A DNA stretch of 60,692 bases from an uncultured Gammaproteobacteria bacterium (GCA_964553875.1 CAZKNH010000008.1:1-60692); one strand, 5' to 3'; numbered from the stretch's first letter, positions 30,833 to 41,271 are shown. Notes: a model not told the origin generated them from the sequence alone. Program-made: numbers and translations.

Positions 30833-33319
30833 ATGAATCGCACAGCGAACGACCGGCCCGCACTCATCCGATGCGTCGCGTGCTCGGCTGCCGTGGCGCT
30901 GATGGCCTCATTCATTGGAACGAGCGCGCTGCCCCAGAAGAGCGGCCGAGCTGCACCCGATGAGCTGCGGGAGATCATCGAGGAAGCGTTCGTTTACGGC
31001 TTCCCGATGGTGGACAGCTACCGGATCCAGTACTCGTACTTCGTGGACGAGAACCACCCGGAGTACAAGGGCCGCTGGAATGCGCTGCACAACGTTGCAC
31101 GCGTCTACACTCCCGAGGACAAGGCGATTCAGACGCCGAACTCCGACACACCGTATGGTTTCCTCGGCGCGGACCTCCGCACGGAGCCGCTCGTCATCAG
31201 CGTGCCTGCGATACCGGATCGGTACTATTCGCTGCAGTTCATCGACATGTACACGCACAACTTCGCGTACGTGGGCAGCCGCGCAACGGGCAGCGCTGCC
31301 GGCGACTATCTGCTTGCCGGCCCCAGCTGGCGGGGTGTCGTGCCGGACGGCATCGATGCCGTGATCCGCTCCGAAACGGAGCTCGTTTTCGTGCTTTATC
31401 GCACCCAGCTGTTCAGCGCGGACGACCTGGAGGAGGTCAAGAGAATACAGGCCGGCTTCGAAGTGAAGCCGCTCTCTCGATTCAGGGGAGGCGCTCCAAG
31501 GTCGGCAGTGCCCATCGATTTCATCGAACCGCTGTCGGCCGAAGCGCAGAGGAGCTCGCCGAAATTCTTCGGCATCCTCAATTTCCTGCTCCGGTTCGCC
31601 CCGACCCACCCCAGCGAAACGGAGCTCATGGAACGCTTCGCCAAGGCCGGCATCGGTGCGGGCAAGCAATTCGACATCGAGATGTTCTCGCCCGAGCAGC
31701 GCCAGGCGATCGAGGACGGCATCGCCGATGCCTGGAAGGCCTACGCCGAGTTCAAGCGCGAGGAGATCGATTCGGGCAGGAGGGGCAGCGCCGACGGCTT
31801 CGGAACACGGGAGTTTCTCGGTAACGACTACATGGCGCGCATGGCATCGGCGGTGCTTGGCATCTATGGAAACTCCAAGGAAGAAGCGAACTATCCGGCG
31901 TACTTCGCCGATTCCGAAGGCATGCCGCTCGACGGCAGGGCCGGCCGTTACACCGTTCGCTTCGAGGCCGGAGAGCTGCCGCCGGTCAACTCGTTCTGGT
32001 CGCTGACCATGTACGAATTGCCGACCAGCCTCCTTACGGAGAACTTGATCGATCGCTACTTGATCAACTCGGCGATGGAGCCGGACCTCGTCCGCGATGG
32101 GGACGGCAGCATCACGCTCTACATCCAGCACGAATCCCCAGGCGAGGACAAGGAACCCAACTGGCTGCCGGCTCCTAACGGGCCGTTCTTCATGGTGATG
32201 CGACAGTACTGGCCGAAGCCCGAAGCGTTGGACGGTACCTGGACGGCGCCCCCCGCGGTCCGTGCGGCGACCGACTCGATCGATTCACCGGCTTCCGGCG
32301 ACCCGGAGCTTTCGGACGTGCCCGATCTTGCGAGCCCGGAGCGGTGGCTGCGGACCGCCGAAGGCAAGATCATCGTCACGCCGGACAACTTCATTCGCGC
32401 CGAGTCGGATATGTACATGGCGGGACAGGTCAACGACGGCGCGTTCGGGCAATTCAAGCACACCCGCGAAGTCGCTCCGATCGACAGGCAGCTGGTCGTG
32501 CGGCTCAACCGCGACACGATCTACTCGTCCGGCGTCTTCGACCTCGATGCCGGACCGGTCACCATCACGCTGCCGGACCCGGGCGAGCGCTTTCTTTCGG
32601 CCCTGGTCATCAGCGAAGACCATTACAACCCGTTCGTCTTCTACGGCGGCGGCACGCATACGCTTACCCGTGAGAACGTGGGCACCCGCTACGTGATGGT
32701 GGCAGTGCGTATCCTGGCGAACCCCGACGACACGGAGGACATGAGAGAGGCCAACGCGCTGCAGGATGCAATCACCGTCAGCCAGCCGGGTGGGCCCGGG
32801 AGCTTCGAGATTCCGGACTGGGATCCCGTCAGCCAGAAGCAGGTGCGCGACGCGCTGACCGCGCTTTCCAACGCGATTCCGGACATGCGCTACGCCGCAG
32901 GCCCCGACGAGCGCTCCGTCGACCCGGTCAGACGCATCGCCGCGGCGGCCTCGGGCTGGGGCCTGAATCCGGACGAGGATGCAATCTACCTGAACGTGTT
33001 TCCGGAGCAGAACGACGGCGCAACCCCGTACCGGCTCGTCGTGGGGAACGTGCCCGTGGATGCGTTCTGGTCCGTATCCGTCTACAACGCGGATGGGTAC
33101 TTCGAACCCAACGATCTCGATGCCTACTCGGTCAACAGCGTCACCGGCCGGCGGCGCGGGGACGGCTCCATCCTGATCCGGTTCGGCGACTGCGCGGCGG
33201 ATACACCCAACTGTCTGCCCGTGACCGCCGGGTGGAATTACATGGTCCGCTTGTATCGCCCCCGTCAGGAGATCCTCGACGGCAGCTGGTCGTTTCCGGT
33301 CGCCGAGCCCGTCCGATGA
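30833..33319 (+). CDS. Exported protein: tandem fusion of two DUF1254-DUF1214 modules
   Basis: 828 aa. GGAGGGG SD. Signal-like N-terminus. Module 1: FVYGFPMVDSYRIQYSYF..., YYSLQFIDMYTHNF (DUF1254), then NSFWSLTMYE...NWLPAP..FFMVMRQYWP (DUF1214). Module 2: NFIRAESDMYM...NRDTIYSSGVFDL (DUF1254-like), then DAFWSVSVYNADGYF...GWNYMVRLYRP (DUF1214-like). Confidence 0.8.
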   Translation: MNRTANDRPALIRCVACSAAVALMASFIGTSALPQKSGRAAPDELREIIEEAFVYGFPMVDSYRIQYSYFVDENHPEYKGRWNALHNVARVYTPEDKAIQTPNSDTPYGFLGADLRTEPLVISVPAIPDRYYSLQFIDMYTHNFAYVGSRATGSAAGDYLLAGPSWRGVVPDGIDAVIRSETELVFVLYRTQLFSADDLEEVKRIQAGFEVKPLSRFRGGAPRSAVPIDFIEPLSAEAQRSSPKFFGILNFLLRFAPTHPSETELMERFAKAGIGAGKQFDIEMFSPEQRQAIEDGIADAWKAYAEFKREEIDSGRRGSADGFGTREFLGNDYMARMASAVLGIYGNSKEEANYPAYFADSEGMPLDGRAGRYTVRFEAGELPPVNSFWSLTMYELPTSLLTENLIDRYLINSAMEPDLVRDGDGSITLYIQHESPGEDKEPNWLPAPNGPFFMVMRQYWPKPEALDGTWTAPPAVRAATDSIDSPASGDPELSDVPDLASPERWLRTAEGKIIVTPDNFIRAESDMYMAGQVNDGAFGQFKHTREVAPIDRQLVVRLNRDTIYSSGVFDLDAGPVTITLPDPGERFLSALVISEDHYNPFVFYGGGTHTLTRENVGTRYVMVAVRILANPDDTEDMREANALQDAITVSQPGGPGSFEIPDWDPVSQKQVRDALTALSNAIPDMRYAAGPDERSVDPVRRIAAAASGWGLNPDEDAIYLNVFPEQNDGATPYRLVVGNVPVDAFWSVSVYNADGYFEPNDLDAYSVNSVTGRRRGDGSILIRFGDCAADTPNCLPVTAGWNYMVRLYRPRQEILDGSWSFPVAEPVR

Positions 33320-33412
33320 AGAGCACAGGCGCTTCGGCCCTTGCCGTCGCGCCGAGGCTCGCCGCGGCCCCCGGTTCCGACGCGGCGCATTCGCCGTGAG
33401 GAAACTGCTCCT

Positions 33413-34324
33413 TCAGCGAGGATCGATCTCCGAGATGTAGAGCTTCGCCTGCGCGAGACGAGCGGAGCCGCGCACACCGAGCCAGATGTTGTAGTTGCCG
33501 GAGCGCGGACGAGGGATCGTCACGACGGGATCGAGGCTCATGCCGTCGTCGTTGCAAAACCAGTCTCCGGCAGGATCGAGCACGGCAAGCGTCGTGTCGG
33601 CGGCGGATGTCGCGTAGATGTGCAACGCGGACGAGCCCGCGTCGTAGTTCAAATCGACGTCCGGTGCTGCCGCGTTGATGTAGCCGACGCATGCTCCGCC
33701 GACGCTCGCGCCGACGTCGTGATTGCCGCCTGCCTCGAGGGGCAGGCTCCAAGGGTCCGGCATGAAGCCGGCGGTGAGATCCACCGTCTCGTACGTGGGA
33801 GCGGCCGCCCAGTTCGGCCGCTCGCCGGTCCGCCTCGGATCGATCTCCGTGATCCAGAGCTCGGCGGCCGCGGTCCCCGAACGGCCGTGCACCCCGACCC
33901 AGATGTTGTAGTTGCCGTCGAGCGGATCATCGAACACGACGATCGGGTCGTGGCCGAACGCGTCGTCGCTGCAATGCCATTCGCCTTCGGGATCGAGTAT
34001 CACCAACGTCGTGTCTGCGGACGAGGAGGCATGGATGTAGAGCGGCCCTGTGCCGGCCGTGTAGTTCAGGTCGACGTCCGGCGCCGCTTCGTTGATGTAT
34101 CCAGTGCATCCGTTGCCGAGGCGGCGCGATACCTTGTCGGCTCCTCCTGCCTGGAGCGACAGCCGCCACGGGTCGGGCAGAAAGCCTGCGATCAGGTCCA
34201 CCGTGGAATAGGTCGGCATTGCGGCCCAGTTCGGCTCGGCCGAGGTCGTGCCGGCGACGAGCGCGCCTGCGGCGGCAGCGACGGTGGCGAGAGTCCTTTT
34301 GAGCGAAGTCGTCCCTGAGAGCAT
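33413..34324 (-). CDS. Exported protein made of two tandem ~135-aa Cys-containing domains (unknown function)
   Basis: 303 aa. Signal MLSGTTSLKRTLATVAAAAGALVAGTTSA. Unit A NWAAMPTYSTVDL.AGF.PDPW...C.GYIN.AAPDVDLNY.AG...L.IY/H...ADTTL..LDP.G.W.C.DD...DP.V......GNYNIW.GV is repeated almost motif-for-motif as unit B. Confidence 0.75.
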   Translation of the reverse strand: MLSGTTSLKRTLATVAAAAGALVAGTTSAEPNWAAMPTYSTVDLIAGFLPDPWRLSLQAGGADKVSRRLGNGCTGYINEAAPDVDLNYTAGTGPLYIHASSSADTTLVILDPEGEWHCSDDAFGHDPIVVFDDPLDGNYNIWVGVHGRSGTAAAELWITEIDPRRTGERPNWAAAPTYETVDLTAGFMPDPWSLPLEAGGNHDVGASVGGACVGYINAAAPDVDLNYDAGSSALHIYATSAADTTLAVLDPAGDWFCNDDGMSLDPVVTIPRPRSGNYNIWLGVRGSARLAQAKLYISEIDPR

Positions 34325-34611
34325 GTGCCCGAGCCTCGTAGCGCTGAGATGAAGCGACGCGACTCTAGGTGAGAGTCACGGGATCTTCGCTGGCGCAGTT
34401 CTCATATCGGGCTGGCCGATCGGAGCCGAGCCGGGACGAGCCGCGACCGAAGGCCGGGGCACACTGACGAGCCGTGGCCGAGGTCGGCGAGTGCTTTGCG
34501 CGGCGGACCGGTTTGCGGCGGCGTACTAAACACTACGGTCGACGCCGGCATTACCCGGCGCGTCCTCGACGGGTAGTGCTGCTGGCAATACTAAACTCTG
34601 CACCGAATTGA

Positions 34612-36120
<1,509 letters not shown>

Positions 36121-36175
36121 CCTAGGGCAACGCGTCCAGAGCGCCGGGCAAGCGCCCGGCGCGTCCCGAACGAAA

Positions 36176-36206
36176 GGGAAGGTCGGTTCTCGGCCTTCCC
36201 TTTTTT
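36176..36206 (+). terminator. Rho-independent terminator of the LigM-like gene
   Basis: GGGAAGG...CCTTCCC stem followed by TTTTTT (36201-36206). Preceded by a second perfect hairpin GCGCCGGGC-aagc-GCCCGGCGC (36141-36162). Confidence 0.75.
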
Positions 36207-36248
36207 GTCGCTCGGAGGATTCGCGTCACGGGCCGCCGCGCGGCGGCG

Positions 36249-37286
36249 TCACTCGAAGTGAAGAAAGCCGAGGCGGTGGCCCGCGCCGTCCGTGAACCAG
36301 AGCCGGTTCGTGAGTCGCTCCGGCGGCTGACGGTCGCTTCCCGCGCTCAGACCGACCGCACGCGCAACGGGGCCCGGGACTTCGAACTCCGTGATCTCGC
36401 CGTCCGGTGTGACGCGTCCGATGCGGTCGCCCTTCGTATACCAGACGTTGCGGTCAGGCCCGACCGCGATGTTGATCGGCGAGCCCGTTTGGCTCGGGAT
36501 CGGGAACTCGGTGATCTCGCCGTCCATCGTGATCCGGCCGACGCGATTGCCGTCCGGCGAGATGCCGTCCATCGTTCCGGCGAGCTCGACGAACCACATG
36601 TTGCCGTCGGCGCCCGCGGTGATGTCGCCCGGGCCCGAGTTCGGCCGAGGCAGCGTGAACTCCGTGATCTCGCCGTCGGGAGTGATCCGGCCGATCTTGC
36701 TGGCCTTGAACTCGGAGAACCAGATGTTGCCGTCCGGCCCCGCGGCGAGCGCGCGCGGGCCGCTGTCGGGCGTCGGGATATCGAACTCGGTGATCTCGCC
36801 GTCGGGCGTGATGCGGCCGATCTTGCCGGCCGCGAACATGCCGAACCAGATGTTGCCGTCTCCGCCGAGCGCGATCGCCCGCGGCTGGCTGTTCGGCGTC
36901 GGGATCGGGAACTCGGCGATCTCGCCGTCCGGCGTGATGCGCCCGATGCGGTTGCCGAGATGCTCCGAGAACCACATGTTGCCGTCGGCGCCGAGCGCGA
37001 TGATTCGCGGCGCGCTGTTCGCGTTAGGGAGCGGGTAGAGGCGGACGTTCGAGCCGTCGGGATCCATGCGTCCGATCGCGTCGCTGCCGAGCGTGAACCA
37101 GGCCGTGCCGTCCGGTGCGAGCGCGACCGTCGTCGGTCCCTGTGCGCCTTCGGGTAGCGCATACATCGTGAACTCGCCGGTCGTGGCGAGCGCCTCTCCG
37201 GGGGCGAGCCAGCGTTGCTCGTCGGCGTCGGCGGCGCGCGTGATCATCAGCAGAACTCCAGTGAGAAAGAACGTCGTGCGCATCAT
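36249..37286 (-). CDS. Exported Vgb-family (virginiamycin B lyase-like) beta-propeller protein
   Basis: 345 aa. Signal MMRTTFFLTGVLLMITRAADA. Seven repeats of IGRITPDGEITEF.IPTP.S.P..I..G.DGN.WF.E, the blade signature I recall from S. aureus Vgb. Confidence 0.82.
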   Translation of the reverse strand: MMRTTFFLTGVLLMITRAADADEQRWLAPGEALATTGEFTMYALPEGAQGPTTVALAPDGTAWFTLGSDAIGRMDPDGSNVRLYPLPNANSAPRIIALGADGNMWFSEHLGNRIGRITPDGEIAEFPIPTPNSQPRAIALGGDGNIWFGMFAAGKIGRITPDGEITEFDIPTPDSGPRALAAGPDGNIWFSEFKASKIGRITPDGEITEFTLPRPNSGPGDITAGADGNMWFVELAGTMDGISPDGNRVGRITMDGEITEFPIPSQTGSPINIAVGPDRNVWYTKGDRIGRVTPDGEITEFEVPGPVARAVGLSAGSDRQPPERLTNRLWFTDGAGHRLGFLHFE

Positions 37287-37400
37287 GCCCCGGTTCCCGG
37301 TCGTTGTCGTTATGGTCCGATTCTAACGAAATGGCCGGTGCCCAATGCACGGTCTGCGTCGACCCGGGCGACGCTCGCGCCGACGGCATCGTCTCGGCTC

Positions 37401-37432
37401 GACCGCGGTTGCCGCTGACCGCGGTTGCCGCT
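37401..37432. repeat. Perfect 16-bp tandem duplication in a divergent promoter region
   Basis: GACCGCGGTTGCCGCT occurs twice back to back (37401-37416, 37417-37432), between the Vgb-like start (37286, minus) and ATG 37507 (plus). Confidence 0.9.
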
Positions 37433-37506
37433 AGAGCGCCGGCGGCGTAGGCTCTTTCCCGATTTCACACGCATGGATCGCCCTCGGCAGCCGACGGAGC
37501 GCGACG

Positions 37507-38115
37507 ATGAATGTGAAGGCGGCGCTTGCCGCGTGCCAAGCTCTCGGCATCGGGATCCTGACTGCGGCGGTGCTCTTCTTCGTGCACCGCACGTTGAGCT
37601 CGGACGGCGCGTGGCCTCGAGTGCCGACCTTCGGTTTCGGAGACTCGGCCGAGCATTCCGTCGATGCGGCCGAAACGCGGTCCGCCGATGGCGACATCGA
37701 GCAAGAGGGCGAAGTCACAGGGGTTCGGCGCGACGTCGACGCACCCTCTGCCGCGGCACGCATGGGAGCCGACGGCGATGGTGTTGCGGCGGACGGCACC
37801 GAGCGAGGACCGACTGCCGGGCGAACGAACCCGCACATCGAAGCATTGACCCATCCGTCGCCGACGTACCGCAACAGCAGCCTCGCCGCGGCCATTCGAG
37901 ACGAGGGCTACGTTTGCACGGACGTCCTTTCGTCGGCTGCCGGCGGCGACGATCTCCGGTCGTGGCGCGTGTCCTGCGAGGGCGGCCGCGCGTACCTCGT
38001 CTTCGCGGACGGCGACGAGCTTCGCGTCGAGCCGATGCACTATTTCGACGCCCCGACGCCGTTCATTCCGGTCGAGCCGACCGAATCGCCGCCCATCCTC
38101 AGGCCACCCGAGTGA
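37507..38115 (+). CDS. Hypothetical N-terminally anchored protein
   Basis: 202 aa. Frame chosen for strongly G/C-ending codons and normal composition (the overlapping 37425..38258 frame is Arg-rich junk). One TM (LGIGILTAAVLFFV). C-terminal GYVCTD...WRVSCEGGRAYLVF module. Confidence 0.6.
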   Translation: MNVKAALAACQALGIGILTAAVLFFVHRTLSSDGAWPRVPTFGFGDSAEHSVDAAETRSADGDIEQEGEVTGVRRDVDAPSAAARMGADGDGVAADGTERGPTAGRTNPHIEALTHPSPTYRNSSLAAAIRDEGYVCTDVLSSAAGGDDLRSWRVSCEGGRAYLVFADGDELRVEPMHYFDAPTPFIPVEPTESPPILRPPE

Positions 38116-38405
38116 TCGCGCGCTGCCGGCTGTCGCGGTATGACGCCGCGTTGACCGGACGAATCGGATGCCTCAGGATGATTCGCGAAGCCGCTGCGCC
38201 GGCGGGAGGGGCGGCGGCTGAGTCGACAAGCGCACCAATTTTCCTTGGGAATACGTGAGCACTTCCTCGATGCACCGAGCGCGAACGTCTCCACTCGACG
38301 TATCGGCAGCGTCGCCGGCTCCCGACGGTGCGCGAGGCAGCGTGCTCTTTATGTCGCAAAGTACTTGACAGGGAAATAGACCGGATCGAGACTGAGGAGC
38401 TATCG

Positions 38406-39026
38406 ATGGCATCCATCTTCCCAGAGAGCATGCCTTCGCGCAGCTCGACGCTGGCGTCGATCGATGCGGGAGCGCGCGCGCACCTGCGTTATATCCGGGA
38501 GACGATCGAGGCTGCGCACACTTTCACGTCGGTGCCTGGGAAGGGGTGCATCGCGATGGGCCTCACCGCGCTGGTCGCCGCAGGCCTCGATTCGATCGCC
38601 GCGCTCTCGGCGTACTGGCTGCCGATCTGGCTCGGCGCCGCCGCGACGGCGATCGGATTGGCGAGCTACTTTCTCGTGAAGAAGGCGAAGGCGCAGGGGT
38701 TGTCGTTATGGGGTGGCGTTGCGCGCCGATTCTTCCTCACGCTGCTGCCGGCGCTGATCGCAGGCGCCGTGCTCACGGTCGCGCTGCTCGAGTCCGGGGC
38801 GCGAGACCTCGTCTCGGGCGCGTGGCTCTTGCTCTACGGCGCAGGGCTCGCCGCGAGCGGCGTGTTCTCGATCAGGCCGGTCATGCTGACGGGCTTCGGG
38901 TTCATGATGCTCGGCGCGCTCGCTCTCGCACTTCCGCAGTCGTTCTCGACGGCGTTGCTCGCAACCGGGTTCGGTGGGTTCCACCTGGCGCTCGGACTGA
39001 TCATCCAACGGAGGCACGGTGGCTAA
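38406..39026 (+). CDS. Hypothetical polytopic membrane protein
   Basis: ORF 38328 trimmed to ATG 38406. About 5 TM segments. Its stop overlaps the start of the downstream wHTH gene by 8 nt. Confidence 0.7.
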   Translation: MASIFPESMPSRSSTLASIDAGARAHLRYIRETIEAAHTFTSVPGKGCIAMGLTALVAAGLDSIAALSAYWLPIWLGAAATAIGLASYFLVKKAKAQGLSLWGGVARRFFLTLLPALIAGAVLTVALLESGARDLVSGAWLLLYGAGLAASGVFSIRPVMLTGFGFMMLGALALALPQSFSTALLATGFGGFHLALGLIIQRRHGG

Positions 39027-39405
39027 ACGGGCAGTAAAGCCGACGTCTCAGCAAGCGGCGACGAAGCTGAGCAGGCTTCGTGCCGTAAGCTCCTACGTCG
39101 CGGACGGTGAGTCGAAGGATTTCGATCGCCTCATCTACGAGCGGATTCGACTGGGCATCATGAGTGCTCTCAGCGTTAACGAGAGCATGACGTTCAACGA
39201 GCTCAAGGAGCTTCTGAAGACGAGCGACGGCAACTTGAGCGCGCACGGGCGTAAGCTGGAAGAGGCGGGCTACATCACGTGTCGCAAGTCTTTCTCCGCA
39301 CGCATCCCGAAGACCGAGTACAGCCTGACGCCCAAGGGACGCCGCGTGTTCGAGCGTTACCTGAGTCACATGGAAGCGCTGATCGAGGCTGCGCGGGGCC
39401 GTTAA
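39019..39405 (+). CDS. Winged-helix (ArsR/MarR-like) transcriptional regulator
   Basis: 128 aa. ERIRLGIMSALSVNESMTFNELKELLKTSDGNLSAHGRKLEEAGYITCRK...EYSLTPKGR is an HTH plus wing pattern. Confidence 0.8.
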   Translation: MAKRAVKPTSQQAATKLSRLRAVSSYVADGESKDFDRLIYERIRLGIMSALSVNESMTFNELKELLKTSDGNLSAHGRKLEEAGYITCRKSFSARIPKTEYSLTPKGRRVFERYLSHMEALIEAARGR

Positions 39406-39456
39406 TTCGAACATCTAAATACTTTGCAGCGCAAAGCAGAATCACGGGAGTCATCG

Positions 39457-40143
39457 ATGCACGTCGCGATCATCATGGATGGGAACGGCCGGTGGGCCTT
39501 GCAGAGAGGGCTGCCGAGGCCTGCCGGCCACCGCGCCGGAGCGGAGACGGTACGTCGAATCGTCGAGGCGGCGGTCGCGTCGCATGTTTCCGTGTTGACG
39601 CTGTACGCGTTCTCGGCGGACAACTGGCTGCGTCCGCGTCGTGAGGTTTCCGCCCTGATGAAGCTGATGAAGCGCTATCTGATCAGCGAGCGCGTGCGGT
39701 GCCTCCAGAACGGCGTGCGCGTCAACGTGATCGGTCGGCGTGACCGCCTTGCGCCCGAGCTCGTCCGCTCGATCGAGGACATCGAGCGCATCACGGCGGG
39801 CGGCGACAAGCTTCTCCTGCGGCTTGCGGTCGATTATTCGGCGCGGCAATCGCTCCTCGAGGCCGCCCGGCAACCGGGGAAGCCGCAGAGCTTCGAGGAT
39901 TTCGAGCGGCGGCTCGCCGCGGTCAACCACTCCGTGCCGGGTGTGCCGAGCGTGGACCTCCTGATTCGCACCGGCGGGGAGCAGCGGCTCAGCGATTTCC
40001 TGCTTTGGGAGAGCGCTTACGCCGAGTTCGTGTTCTCCGATACGTATTGGCCCGACTTCTCCGAGCAGGAGTTCTACGCGGCGCTCGAGGAGTTCAGCCG
40101 GCGCGACCGGCGCTTTGGCCAGCTGTCGCAGCGCACGGCCTGA
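39457..40143 (+). CDS. uppS: cis-prenyltransferase (undecaprenyl-diphosphate synthase family)
   Basis: ATG 39457 (GGGAG SD). HVAIIMDGNGRWA, TLYAFSADNW.RP..EV, IRTGGEQRLSDFLLWE.AYAE, RDRRFG. Not in the usual frr-uppS-cdsA context, so it may be a paralogue. Confidence 0.85.
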   Translation: MHVAIIMDGNGRWALQRGLPRPAGHRAGAETVRRIVEAAVASHVSVLTLYAFSADNWLRPRREVSALMKLMKRYLISERVRCLQNGVRVNVIGRRDRLAPELVRSIEDIERITAGGDKLLLRLAVDYSARQSLLEAARQPGKPQSFEDFERRLAAVNHSVPGVPSVDLLIRTGGEQRLSDFLLWESAYAEFVFSDTYWPDFSEQEFYAALEEFSRRDRRFGQLSQRTA

Positions 40144-40224
40144 CCTTTCCCGGCGCGCGGCCGGCTCCCCCGGCCGGCTCTCGACCGCTATAGTGGGCGA
40201 CGATCGTTACGTTCGGGGGAGCTC

Positions 40225-41271
40225 ATGATCAAGAGCGTCAATGCGTTGGCCGTTCCTGCGGCCGTCGCGGTGCTTCTCGCGCCGGGGGTCGCCGCGGCGC
40301 AGGTGTCGGAAGAGGATGCACGCTCGGCGAGCGGAGCGTCGACGGCGTCGCGCGACGGCGGCGCGTCTCCGTGGCGCGCGCCCAGAACGCCTTGGGGCGA
40401 TCCCGACCTGCAAGGCATGTGGCCGCTCGATTACATCAACGGCACACCCGTGCAGCGGCCGCCCGAGTTCGGCGAGCGACGCTACCTGACCGACGAGGAG
40501 TACGCCGAGCGGGTCGCCCGGCTCGCCGCCCTCAATGCGCGCTACGAGCAGGAAATCGCGACGAATCGGATGGACATGGGCCACTGGTCGGAGATGGGCG
40601 AGCCCAATCGCCTCACGTCGCTGATCGTCGAGCCGTCGAACGGCCGCGTACCGCCGCTAACCGAGGCGGGCCGGGCGAAGGCGGCGACGATGACGAGCTC
40701 GTGGTCCGACATCCCGTTCGACGACATCGGCGATTTCAACCCGCTCGATCGCTGCATCACGCGGGGCCTCCCGGCGTCCATGTTTCCGTTCATGTACAAC
40801 AGCGGCATCGAGATCATCCAGGCGCCGGGCTATGTCGTGATACGGCTCGAGCTGATTCACGAGGCGCGCATCGTGCCGCTCGACGGCCGTCCGCCGCTCG
40901 CTCCGGAGATTCGTCAGTGGATGGGCGACTCGCGCGGGCGCTTCGAAGGGGACACCCTCGTGATCGAGACGACGAACTTCAACGGCGAGACGCCGATGCT
41001 GATCGTCGGTCCCGGCGGCAACACGATCCCGACGAGCACGTCGCTCCGCATCGTCGAGCGCCTGACCCGGATCGCGCACGACACGATCGAGTACGAGCTC
41101 GAGGTCGAGGATCCGGAGATGCTGACCGGGCCTTGGAAGGCGGCGTTTCCGTGGAAGCTGAATCCGCAGTACCGGATATTCGAGTACGCGTGTCACGAGG
41201 GAAACACGCTGATTCCGAGCCTGATCAACGGAACGAGAGCCGAGCGTGCCGCGGCGGCGCAAAACCTGTAA
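40225..41271 (+). CDS. Hypothetical exported protein
   Basis: 348 aa. Signal MIKSVNALAVPAAVAVLLAPGVAAAQ. WGDPDLQGMWP motif near the N-terminus. No characterised family recognised. TATAGT box at 40189-40194. Confidence 0.75.
   Translation: MIKSVNALAVPAAVAVLLAPGVAAAQVSEEDARSASGASTASRDGGASPWRAPRTPWGDPDLQGMWPLDYINGTPVQRPPEFGERRYLTDEEYAERVARLAALNARYEQEIATNRMDMGHWSEMGEPNRLTSLIVEPSNGRVPPLTEAGRAKAATMTSSWSDIPFDDIGDFNPLDRCITRGLPASMFPFMYNSGIEIIQAPGYVVIRLELIHEARIVPLDGRPPLAPEIRQWMGDSRGRFEGDTLVIETTNFNGETPMLIVGPGGNTIPTSTSLRIVERLTRIAHDTIEYELEVEDPEMLTGPWKAAFPWKLNPQYRIFEYACHEGNTLIPSLINGTRAERAAAAQNL

Noticed and set aside
33341-34318. 325-aa plus-strand ORF overlapping the tandem-domain gene (and the plus-strand ORFs 36258..37157 and 36391..37038 over the Vgb-like gene).
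   Set aside because: These are Arg/Asp-rich repetitive translations that mirror the repeats of the genuine minus-strand genes, which have signal peptides and recognisable motifs.
34421-34470. GGAG...ACCGAAGGCCGGGGCA upstream of a GcvT-family gene resembling the glycine riboswitch core.
   Set aside because: Only the ACCGAAGG segment matches. There are no paired P1/P3 stems and no CTCAGGCAAAAGGAC-like segment. The element lies about 250 nt from the start codon, and the gene is a LigM-type demethylase, not gcvT.
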